Shown in pieces: positions 43,970 through 53,264 of a stretch of DNA of 64,000 bases; position 1 is the stretch's first letter, and each line of letters begins with the position of its first letter. The stretch lies in the IMG/VR virus record IMGVR_UViG_3300000553_000004, positions 150,734 to 214,733 of that record, one strand, 5' to 3'. Position numbers and translations under genes: made by a program. Under the pieces are notes generated by a model. The model had not been told where the DNA came from. It saw nothing but the letters and a program-made list of their open reading frames with translations, and searched no databases.

Positions 43970-44016
43970 GTGAGGTTCCGATGGGTATGTTCCCTTACCG
44001 AAAGGTAGAGCCTCAA
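43970..44016 (+). ncRNA. small three-way-junction RNA
   Basis: Promoter 43934-43969; GAGGTTC/GAGCCTC enclosing GGG/CCC and TACC-GAAA-GGTA. Confidence 0.45.
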
Positions 44017-45165
44017 CACCACCCTACCGCGGGGGCTTGCCAAGGGGTTAAAACAGCCCTACATTCCCCCCTACCGTGGGGTGGGGAGTGGCCTTCTGGA
44101 CACCCCTTTTTGACACCCCCCGCGACCCTCGCATGTCCATTCTCGACGGGGACGCCATTTCCCGTTGGAAAAAAGAATACGTATCCACGTTCTATAATAA
44201 CTTGATTTTACCGTTTTCTATGGTAGACTTTTGTTCACATGTTAAACGAAGTTGAAAAAAATCCCGGAGAAATTTTAAATCTAAAAGACCGATGAAACTG
44301 ATTGAAAATTGGATTAGAAATTCGTCACACAGTCCTTGGTGTGAAGAGGCCGATGGAAACATCTATTCAAGTGGTGGAGATTGTAATTGTGGTAGAGTCG
44401 ATGTTTTGGATGCTATGAAATCGTCATATTTAAATGCTTTCAAAGATGGTATGAAACATGCCGCCTCTATCTGTGATGGTCATGAAGATTGGATGCCTGC
44501 CGATAATGAGGAATGTAGGGATGCAATTTTAAATGCGGTCAAAACTATAAAATTATGAATAAATTCAGAATTACAGCATTTAAAGGAAGTTGTTGGTCAA
44601 CTCCGGCCTTTGCGTGGTATGATTATAGTAAAATGAAAAATTCATATACATCTTGGGATTTGGTTTTCAGTATTCTTTGTTGGGAAATTGCCTTTGGAAA
44701 GATAAAACATTTATGAACGAAGAAACAATCACAATAACAAAAAAAGAATATGATTCTCTTAAAGAGGATGCTAAATTCATGAGAGCTCTGGAAGCAGCAG
44801 GGGTTGATAATTGGGAAGGTTATGACTTTGCGCTAGATGCGATGAAAGAACGTAAAGATGAAAAAACGAAAGCCGAGACAAATATAACACTTGGCTTTTT
44901 AAATAAAACTTAAACAAAATAAGGATAACACAAATGATTGCATCAATATGGATAACAATGTCACTGGGGTCGTGTCTCGAAGTAATTGTCGTTGGCATGG
45001 TCGTCGGGTTCGTCGTCGTAAGTATTCTCTGGAAGAAGTTCTTTTGAGTTATTATAAAACTGGGAATGTGATGCCAGCGGGGCGAGTCAACGTTCGTTGA
45101 CACGTAATTCCTTACTACTATCGGTTGAATGGGTATATTCGATGTCTTAGCGGATGTCCGTGGCG

Positions 45166-46068
45166 TCAAGAAACACCTTCGAAGAATGATTTTAGTATTG
45201 TATTATCACCGAATTCAAATTTAAGTCTGCGTATTAGATTCTCCGGAACATTCTTTATATCCGTATTATCTACATTGAATCTACCCAAATCGGATGATTT
45301 TCTATATTCGCCCATATCCACGATTGAAATCATATTCTTATCTGCATCATACCGGCCTTCAAAATCACTTCTGGTAGACGGGCCGTGGCATCTATCGGCA
45401 GGTCTTACGTGGAGTTCTTCGGTATCATTGTACCACCACCATATCTTATTTTTCTTATTTTTATAATTATGTCCAATATCATTATATGAGATGACTTCTT
45501 GTACGGCTTTCTTTGGATATTGTTTAACTACGTTCTGAATCTTATTCTTTATAGCATCCACGTCACCGCCTATTATGTAGATGTATTTGTGTTTCATTGA
45601 ACCCATTCCCAAGTAAATTGCGTTGGTTGCCTGATAGATGGTTCCTTTATGACCTTGATTGTCATCGGCAAACGTTACCACCACTTTTATAGATGGTTCA
45701 TCTCTCTTCAATAGTTTTAAAGATTGTCCAATTACGAAGGATTCTAGGTTCTTTATACCAATATCATCTATGAATAGTCTTTTAAGTTCGAGTATTTCTG
45801 TCGGTTTTACTTCTGGTTCGAGAAATCTACCAACAGTATAAAAAGGTACGCCGTAGATTATTACTCCAATCATTTGTCTATTTCCATCTATTTTTTTGTA
45901 TATACCGTAAATTCTTTTTATGCCGGATGGGAATGTTTCAAGGTAATGTTTAAGGACGAACGGTTCGGATTCCTGCCTACTTGTGGGTAAAATTTCAAAA
46001 TCATCCTTCATTTTCTCAAGGATGACAAATTCTTTTAATATTTTGACCACGGCATTTTTTATGCTCAT
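45166..46068 (-). CDS. Mom-like (GNAT-fold) DNA modification protein with C-terminal extension
   Basis: KHYL…GVIIYG…LELKRL…ESFVIGQSLK…VVTFAD..QGHKGTIYQATN..YLG. Confidence 0.8.
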   Translation of the reverse strand: MSIKNAVVKILKEFVILEKMKDDFEILPTSRQESEPFVLKHYLETFPSGIKRIYGIYKKIDGNRQMIGVIIYGVPFYTVGRFLEPEVKPTEILELKRLFIDDIGIKNLESFVIGQSLKLLKRDEPSIKVVVTFADDNQGHKGTIYQATNAIYLGMGSMKHKYIYIIGGDVDAIKNKIQNVVKQYPKKAVQEVISYNDIGHNYKNKKNKIWWWYNDTEELHVRPADRCHGPSTRSDFEGRYDADKNMISIVDMGEYRKSSDLGRFNVDNTDIKNVPENLIRRLKFEFGDNTILKSFFEGVS

Positions 46069-46119
46069 AGGTATAAATAGTCACGATTTATTGTTAATTT
46101 GATTCTATTTATTCTTTAT

Positions 46120-46812
46120 ATGAATGTTCATCAACTAAAAAAATTAATAAGAGAAGTCATCCAGGAAGTGGAAACGGATGTAGAATCAGACATAGAAGAC
46201 CCGAAAGATAATTCTGGCGAGTCAGAACCTATATCACCAGCAGATTTACGTAAAAAACAGTTTGGAACCAAGGGTACGGTTCTTTCATTGTCATTGGGTG
46301 GTATGAATAAAAATAATTCTAAAACTCTAAGAGATTTTATTGGAATGATAGCATATGAAGCCGGCAAACGTCAATTGGACATTATCCATGCCGAATTGGA
46401 AAAAGATGGTAAGATTGGTATGGAAATGGATACCAGAGAAATTGATAAAGTAGAACCAAAGACAAACGTTCCACCGGCCAAAACTGGTCCGTTGCCAAAA
46501 GGATGGAAGAGAACTCCACCGGATGCTGCAACATGGAACGCTATGAGTCCTGAAGAGAGAAGTTCATTTTTAGTTCCAAACTCTCACGAAGAGGATTGGA
46601 AAGCAGCTACCGACGCGGATGTAGCCAAAGCTAAGAGTAAACCTTCTAAGATTACAAAGGACACTCCTATGTATAATTTCGGAAGAGAAGGTAAATTACC
46701 TAAAGATAATGAATTGTGGACGGACAACGATTGGAAGACGTGGGAAAGATTGAATCCAATTCAAAAGAAACAGGTCAGATTTAACATTCCAAAATACGAA
46801 CCGGTTGACTGA
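46120..46812 (+). CDS. hypothetical (possibly virion-associated) protein
   Basis: N-terminal LKKLIREVIQE; upstream CTATTTAT; terminator at ~46838-46869. Confidence 0.65.
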   Translation: MNVHQLKKLIREVIQEVETDVESDIEDPKDNSGESEPISPADLRKKQFGTKGTVLSLSLGGMNKNNSKTLRDFIGMIAYEAGKRQLDIIHAELEKDGKIGMEMDTREIDKVEPKTNVPPAKTGPLPKGWKRTPPDAATWNAMSPEERSSFLVPNSHEEDWKAATDADVAKAKSKPSKITKDTPMYNFGREGKLPKDNELWTDNDWKTWERLNPIQKKQVRFNIPKYEPVD

Positions 46813-46911
46813 TTTAGTAATGGTATATTCATATTATAAAGGACATCCTTAATTGAGGGTGTCCTTTTTAATTTAATACGTTAAATGGACTTTATTAATA
46901 GTTATACTCAT

Positions 46912-48621
46912 ATGCAACGCACTGTCATAAACAAAGGTAAGAAATATCGTGTAAATGTAGCAGATTTTGATGGAGTTGGGCCATCTAGTGATTTTGGAAC
47001 ATTGTGGATGCAATCCACCGACCTAAATTGGTATGCTGTAAACGTCTCGGGGTCAGGTCTACCTGCTACCATTTATATAAATCAAACTCCACTCACTTGG
47101 CAATCTATAGGTGGTCAGGATTTCGGATATCAATTACTATACTGCGCCGACAACGGAAATGTATATAAAACGTATTTGAGTGGAAGTGCGGGAAATGTCA
47201 CCATGTCTATCAGTCAGACTCCTGCTCCCTCCAATTTAGATTATAAACCATATCTTTTATTAAAATCTATAACCGATGGATTTTCTTATCCTGTATATGC
47301 TAAGAGCGGTTCCATTTATCTATTTACTGATACCAATCATCCGATATTTATGAATGGTGGTAATACATATCACCCATTGCCAATCTCCCCCATCTCAGGA
47401 ACATTGATTGCCGATAAAGACGGATACTACCCGATTGACATCCATATACCAAATACATCATCGTGGAATATCAGTAATGGTGGTTATGGTTACGTATCAG
47501 TATATGGATGTAATTTATTAAAGAATCTAAATGCCTCCAACAATAATTTGTCCCAACCATTTATTAACACTATCTTATCGTCGTTGGTGACGGGTGGATT
47601 GAATAGTGGTTCGGTTTATTTGACGGGTAGTAACAATGGATATCCTACGGATTTGACTAATGTTACCACGCTTCAAAATAGACATTGGAATGTCAGTGTT
47701 AATCCAACTCCTATTACACCTTTGTCTGGAAGACTCATGGCAGATGCCGATGGGTATCTTCCGGTTGATGTAAACATTGCCGACCAAGCATCTTGGAGTG
47801 TAGGTTATGGTGGGTATACTTTCATTTCAGCATTAAATTGTCCTATTCTCTCCACGTTACATTGTGGTGGCAACAATCTTTCATCTATAATTTTGACGGG
47901 TGCGACTTCTTTAAATTATTTGGATGCTCCGAATGACCATCTTTCCTATATCGACCTAGCAACTAATACCGCATTGACTCAATTAGTATTGAGTAATAAC
48001 CAATTTACATCAATAGATTTATCTCACAATCCAATATTGGATTATTTGGCAGTGGATAATAATCTATTTACTACTCTAAGTTTACCGCATAATCCGATAC
48101 TTACAGGTTTAGTTTGTAACAGTAATCCAAACTTAGTATCCTTGGATTTATCATATAATCCGCTCATCAATGGAACGTTGAATTTTTCAAATAATCTTTC
48201 TCTTACCACGTTAAATATGAGTAATAATACAGGATTGGGTGCGACATTTACATATGACAGTGGTGGATTGCAAAATATTCAAAACTTAATTCTTGAAAAT
48301 ACCCAATGTGTATGGATATACGCCCAACTGAATCATCTAACCAACTTGGACGCATCTAATAATTCACAATTGACTGATTTGGAATGTTATAGTAACAATT
48401 TAACTTCACTAGACGTATCTAATGATGTGGCATTGACTAGATTGGATTGTTCTGATAATCAATTAACTCAAACATCCATTGATGGTATATTAGCATCCTT
48501 GGTTGCTCATGGATTAAGCGGAGGAACGGTTATTTTAGCTGGCGGAACGAATTCGCCACCAACAGATTTGACCAATGTAACTATACTTCGAAGTAGAGGA
48601 TGGACAGTAACCACAAACTAA
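46912..48621 (+). CDS. leucine-rich repeat protein
   Basis: LxxLxxxNNxLxxLD repeats, internally duplicated cap/SGxLxADxDGY modules. Confidence 0.85.
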   Translation: MQRTVINKGKKYRVNVADFDGVGPSSDFGTLWMQSTDLNWYAVNVSGSGLPATIYINQTPLTWQSIGGQDFGYQLLYCADNGNVYKTYLSGSAGNVTMSISQTPAPSNLDYKPYLLLKSITDGFSYPVYAKSGSIYLFTDTNHPIFMNGGNTYHPLPISPISGTLIADKDGYYPIDIHIPNTSSWNISNGGYGYVSVYGCNLLKNLNASNNNLSQPFINTILSSLVTGGLNSGSVYLTGSNNGYPTDLTNVTTLQNRHWNVSVNPTPITPLSGRLMADADGYLPVDVNIADQASWSVGYGGYTFISALNCPILSTLHCGGNNLSSIILTGATSLNYLDAPNDHLSYIDLATNTALTQLVLSNNQFTSIDLSHNPILDYLAVDNNLFTTLSLPHNPILTGLVCNSNPNLVSLDLSYNPLINGTLNFSNNLSLTTLNMSNNTGLGATFTYDSGGLQNIQNLILENTQCVWIYAQLNHLTNLDASNNSQLTDLECYSNNLTSLDVSNDVALTRLDCSDNQLTQTSIDGILASLVAHGLSGGTVILAGGTNSPPTDLTNVTILRSRGWTVTTN

Positions 48622-48629
48622 TACCAACT

Positions 48630-49310
48630 ATGTTACAACAAAACCTAAAAATAAAAACCGAACACATGGCAGAGAATAACTATCTCTTCATCCATATCCC
48701 CAAAACAGGCGGCAGAAGCGTATTATCCGCTATGGGTATCAAATTCCATTGTGAACACAAATCTTTACAGGAATACATAAAAGACCTAACCGAACCCGTG
48801 GTAAGAAGTAGATACAAATTCACCATCATCCGCAACCCTTGGGATAGAGCAGTATCATGGTATAGATTCTTCTATAAACCAATGCCCAACGAAATACCCC
48901 TAACCTTTGAACAATGGGTGTTATCTAAAACTGGCGGCAAAATGAACAACCGAACCGATAACCCATCCTTCAATAGAGTTAAAATCCCCTTGGATGTCCT
49001 CTCCTATTGCAGAAACGCCAGCGGTGAACTCCTAATGGATAAATACCTACGCTTCGAACACCTCAACGAAGACTTTAAAGAAATTGCCACCAAATTCAAT
49101 ATCACTACCCCATTACCCACCATCGGTAATCAAGACCAAAAACACGCCATCCAAACTGCCACTCACCTCATAAAGATGAATAAACAAGCAGAAGGATTCA
49201 TCCTTGATACCTCTACTAATTATAAAGACCTCTACAAATCCCAAGAATCAATTGATACTATCGCCAATATGAACCAAGAGTTAATCACAAAATTCAACTA
49301 TTCTTTCTAA
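48630..49310 (+). CDS. sulfotransferase family 2 protein
   Basis: FIHIPKTGG (5'PSB), IIRNPWDRAVSWY (3'PB). Confidence 0.85.
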   Translation: MLQQNLKIKTEHMAENNYLFIHIPKTGGRSVLSAMGIKFHCEHKSLQEYIKDLTEPVVRSRYKFTIIRNPWDRAVSWYRFFYKPMPNEIPLTFEQWVLSKTGGKMNNRTDNPSFNRVKIPLDVLSYCRNASGELLMDKYLRFEHLNEDFKEIATKFNITTPLPTIGNQDQKHAIQTATHLIKMNKQAEGFILDTSTNYKDLYKSQESIDTIANMNQELITKFNYSF

Positions 49311-49384
49311 TTCTTCATATGTATACAGATGGGTAACACATGAAGTGTTGCCAATAAAAAATAAATCAACAGGAAAACAAAATT

Positions 49385-49885
49385 ATGGCCATTACTACTA
49401 CAACCCCAATCTCCGCCTCGGTATTCAACCTCTGGTGGATTAAGAATGCAAACCTCTTCACTAACATACCAGTGTCAGGTAGCAGCACAACCAATCTCAA
49501 CTTAGCATTCGTTCCATTCAACGGCACCTATGCTCTAAGCACTACCCCATCAAGATTGAATCTTAATGTCGATGCTTTGAAAACAACTGATGCTACCTTC
49601 AATGGTGTCTATAACGGATTGGTCACGGAAATCCAACGTCAATATACCGTTAAGAATCCCGGTGCAGTATCAACCTTTGTTATCAAAACCTTGAACGTCA
49701 TGGCACAGAACCCTGATAGACCAGTATCTATCTTCGTTCAAGCATTAGTCAATGGAGCAGTAAAAACCTTCATGATTAATGACGTGTTCGCCCTCGCTGG
49801 CACAGACTCAACCTTCGCAGTCGTTCTTAATAATACTATGAACGAATTCGGTAGACAAGGTAAAGTGGCCGGAATCATCTCCTAA
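49385..49885 (+). CDS. hypothetical protein
   Basis: RBS acagga; terminator at ~49903-49934. Confidence 0.7.
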   Translation: MAITTTTPISASVFNLWWIKNANLFTNIPVSGSSTTNLNLAFVPFNGTYALSTTPSRLNLNVDALKTTDATFNGVYNGLVTEIQRQYTVKNPGAVSTFVIKTLNVMAQNPDRPVSIFVQALVNGAVKTFMINDVFALAGTDSTFAVVLNNTMNEFGRQGKVAGIIS

Positions 49886-49978
49886 ACAATATATCCACAA
49901 ACAAAAAGACACCCGATTATGGGTGTCTTTTTTTATAATTTGACATATGACATAAATTGGATATACTTATTTTTATAT

Positions 49979-50370
49979 GGGCTCGTAATGGTTTCGACAT
50001 GATGTTGAAGATAAACGAAGCACGCCGAGGATGTTATCAGGACTCGTAAAAAGATAACAAAAACATAAATGCTAACCTTAACCGTTTGGCCAACCTCGAT
50101 TTTTCATTCTCGGTGAATGAAGTTGAGGTCGCAGTAGCTTAATAACTACTCCGTCGCACTGACCGACTTCCTCTAAGTTGGATGTGGCGTAAAATAGAGG
50201 AAGAACTGCTTGTAGTTTAAATTATAAGACTGATACGAAAGGCCAGTATGCCAATCTATGACATGTAGGTTGTTCATTACCGATAATGTCGAATTCACCA
50301 AAATGAAATAAGCGTGTAGCGTCGGTTGTTAGATATGTTATGGACGTTGGTTCAACTCCAACCGAGTCCA
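49979..50370 (+). ncRNA. ssrA: tmRNA
   Basis: 5' GGGCTCG…TTCGAC; tag ORF 50071-50142 ANLNRLANLDFSFSVNEVEVAVA*; 3' GGAC-GTTGG-TTCAACT-CCAAC-CGAGTCC-A with G3-U70. Confidence 0.92.
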
Positions 50371-50391
50371 GGGAACAGTAGAATACAACCT

Positions 50392-50976
50392 TCACGGTGG
50401 TTGTTCCTGAGTAATGCTAATAGTATTCTTATGAGAAGAGATGATTTCTTTAATAAAAGATTTCATCTCTTCTTTTTTAAAATTACTTTTGGCATTATTG
50501 ATTGCCATACATACAAATTCAACATTTCCTCTAATATATCCCTTCGACGAATCTATTCTATCTAAACTAGCTTTTTTTAAAGATTTTAGTTTGTGATTTT
50601 GAGATGACGTTTTCATCAATTCCATTTTTATTCCTGTGTATGGACATATTCCATTTTGTTTATTCCATAATTCTTTTAAATATTTTTCGTCTATATCAAT
50701 ATCATTTTTGTGTTTTATTATCGATGCCCTACCTTTTCTAAGATATATTTTAAATGGTGTATATTCGGTTAATCTATTTCCTGAATATTTTTTTATATTA
50801 GTGTTAGATGGAATAGTTTTCCAGAATTCTTCACTCATATTTTTATTTCTGTGAGACGTTGAACACGATTGATTGCAAAAATGTTTCATTTCTTTTTTCT
50901 CACATCTTTTAAATTCTTTTAATAATTTTTCGAATGGAATTCCACAATTCTCACATTTTATTTTAATGGTTTTCAT
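50392..50976 (-). CDS. Zn-finger + HNH-like homing endonuclease
   Basis: CENC, FCNQSC; CPYTG…ASLDRIDSSKGY..GNVEFVC..IN.AK. Confidence 0.8.
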   Translation of the reverse strand: MKTIKIKCENCGIPFEKLLKEFKRCEKKEMKHFCNQSCSTSHRNKNMSEEFWKTIPSNTNIKKYSGNRLTEYTPFKIYLRKGRASIIKHKNDIDIDEKYLKELWNKQNGICPYTGIKMELMKTSSQNHKLKSLKKASLDRIDSSKGYIRGNVEFVCMAINNAKSNFKKEEMKSFIKEIISSHKNTISITQEQPP

Positions 50977-51312
50977 ATAAATAAATAGTGGAGACGGCAG
51001 GTAATCCGATTAATATATCCGTCTCCACCATTAAAATATATAGAATTTAGAAAATTCTCAATATATATCGATATGAAAAAAGAAGAATTAAAAGACACAA
51101 TAACCAATGCCGTTTTAAACTTCTTGAATGATGATAGAATTGTAAAAAATTCTAAAGATAATCAACCCACCGAACGTCCTATATTTAAAAAGATAGACGG
51201 TAATACTTTCGGTTTAAATAAAAAAGATAATTAACGTTTTTACTTTCTTTTCTATATCTATTGTTGTAGGACACAATACAGTGTTCACATAACACACACA
51301 GAAAGGTTAATT

Positions 51313-51927
51313 ATGTCACAAAAAGACTCTACTAGTTCCCAATATTATCCAATGGATAATTCTACAGACCAAATCATTTCAGTTTACGAAAATAAACTAA
51401 GTCAGAATATTGCCGCAAAAACTATATCTGCATCGAAACGGGGAGAGAATCCTGATTTCACAAAGGAAGAACTTCTATATCTAAACAAAAAGGCATGTGA
51501 ATTAGATGACTCAGAATTGAATGTCATCACTCCACCTCCGGTAATCACTCTTAAAAAAGGTAAAACTGAATTGAACATTAGACATGCTGCGGCATTGGTT
51601 CAAAAAATGGAAGAAAAATATCCAACAGGAACGGGCATTGTATCTTCGAAAGAAAATATACTTCCACCGTATCACGAAGAACAAGCCGATTATACGATTC
51701 ATCAAATTCAAAAAGAAGAACCTCTAAAAATTCCTGGAGGATTTGAACAACCAATTAAAACAATGAATAAGAATGCGTATGAAATTCGTGAAGCTGTTCT
51801 ATCCCATGCTCTGGGATGGGTTCAATACACCCACGAATTTAAATCCTTCCCAAAATCAGCTCCAACCGAAGATGACGTTTTAAACGTTGCCCAAAAGTTC
51901 TACAAATTCGTCGAGAATCGAAAATAA
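51313..51927 (+). CDS. hypothetical protein
   Basis: RBS gaaagg; C-terminal NAYEIR…AQKFYKFV domain. Confidence 0.65.
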   Translation: MSQKDSTSSQYYPMDNSTDQIISVYENKLSQNIAAKTISASKRGENPDFTKEELLYLNKKACELDDSELNVITPPPVITLKKGKTELNIRHAAALVQKMEEKYPTGTGIVSSKENILPPYHEEQADYTIHQIQKEEPLKIPGGFEQPIKTMNKNAYEIREAVLSHALGWVQYTHEFKSFPKSAPTEDDVLNVAQKFYKFVENRK

Positions 51928-51972
51928 TTCCAGTATTGACATCACACTAAAATTGTGGTAGTATAGGTTGTT

Positions 51973-52710
51973 ATGGAATTAAAAGAACTCATCAATGAAG
52001 CTAAATACGTCGTTGCATTTACAGGTGCGGGTCTGTCAACGGAGTCTGGTATTCCAGATTTCCGGTCAAGTAGCGGACTTTATTTAAGTGGAAAATACGA
52101 AGGATATACTCCTGAACACATCTTGAGTAATCGTTTCTTTCGTTCAAATAAAGAAATCTTCTTTTCATTCTACAAGGAAAGAATTATGGCGATGTCTGAC
52201 AAACAACCCAGCCGTGCGCATTTTGCATTGAAAAAGATGCAGGACGTTGGAAAGTTGAAATCGGTAATTAATCAAAACATTGACAATCTAATTCAAAAAG
52301 CTGGCACCACCAACGTTTTTGATTTACATGGAAATATTTCATCGTTCAGATGTGTCAGCGCTTGTGGTAAAGATTATACAGGCGAAGAATTCATGAAGAT
52401 GATGGAAGACAAGCCGGTTCCTCGTTGTGAATGTGGTGGAGTCGTAAGACCGAACACCGTTCTATTCGATGAATGGTTGAATGATGACATCTATGATGGT
52501 GCCTATCACGAAGCCAAGAAGGCTGATTTGATGATTGCAATTGGTTCATCGTTGGTCGTAAGACCAGCCTGCACATTGTTGTCAGAAATTGGCCCTGATT
52601 GTAAATTGGTAATTCTCAATAGGGATGAAACTCCCTATGACAAGAAAGCCACATTGATTCTTCGTGAACCGTGTGGTGAAGTGTTGGAGAATTTGGCAAA
52701 GGAATTATGA
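51973..52710 (+). CDS. cobB: Sir2/CobB NAD-dependent deacylase
   Basis: GAGLSTESGIPDFR, NQNID, LHG, CxxxC/CxC Zn site, GSSL. Confidence 0.93.
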   Translation: MELKELINEAKYVVAFTGAGLSTESGIPDFRSSSGLYLSGKYEGYTPEHILSNRFFRSNKEIFFSFYKERIMAMSDKQPSRAHFALKKMQDVGKLKSVINQNIDNLIQKAGTTNVFDLHGNISSFRCVSACGKDYTGEEFMKMMEDKPVPRCECGGVVRPNTVLFDEWLNDDIYDGAYHEAKKADLMIAIGSSLVVRPACTLLSEIGPDCKLVILNRDETPYDKKATLILREPCGEVLENLAKEL

Positions 52711-52879
52711 ACAGTAGTGAATATAAAACTCCCGATAGCATATTCACTTTTGGTGAAATAGGTGATTTCTATAAAGAAACTTGGATTGATGCCGAAACTC
52801 ATTTGAGAAGTTTTGATAACAGAACATTCCATTTGGAAAAGGTTGTTCAGTTTCTTGAGAATAGTAAAAAATACGTTAT

Positions 52880-53263
52880 ATGAATCCTCTGGCTCAAAAA
52901 TGGGATAAGACAGGTCTGTTAGATGGAATGACAGACTTTAGAAAAAATGGATGTGCAGTGATTCTGGAAGATGTTGCTAGAATATTAATTGAAACAACTC
53001 CTAAAGAAAATAAAGAACGGTCAAGACATGAACATTTTTGTGGTTACATATTGCCTATGGTTAAAGTAGGGTATAATTTGTTATATCCACAAAAATTTCC
53101 TGATGTTGTTGTCTTTGTAAAAGACTTTGAGGAATTTTTTAATAAAAATGAATCAGTGACCGAAGTTTTAAAATCATCCTCAAATGAGGATGTAGATGTA
53201 TTTTGTGAATTGTATGAACCGTATTTTATCAAAACGTTTATGAAACTTAGAATGGCAGAATGA
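52880..53263 (+). CDS. protein resembling N-terminus of gp23-type major capsid protein
   Basis: LAQKWDKTGLLDG…AVILED.A..L…ILPMV. Confidence 0.5.
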   Translation: MNPLAQKWDKTGLLDGMTDFRKNGCAVILEDVARILIETTPKENKERSRHEHFCGYILPMVKVGYNLLYPQKFPDVVVFVKDFEEFFNKNESVTEVLKSSSNEDVDVFCELYEPYFIKTFMKLRMAE

Positions 53264-53264
53264 T

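Larger units (their letters stand above)
977..43970. promoter_or_regulatory. Array of >80 near-identical sigma70-type early promoters (TTGACN-N16 with extended TGn-TAnnnT-N6-ATG), both strands
   Basis: GCTTGAC/GTCAAGC recurs before most small ORFs, e.g. 977 gcttgacaaaactccataacatgataaactgttgatATG; 32106 gcttgacattaattaaatgtttggtattttaatcacATG; mostly minus strand at 25.1-31.4 kb. Confidence 0.92.

Noticed and set aside
977-43970. Integron or transposon explanation for the cassette array
   Set aside because: No integrase/transposase or attC-like imperfect palindromes seen; the repeated element is the promoter itself
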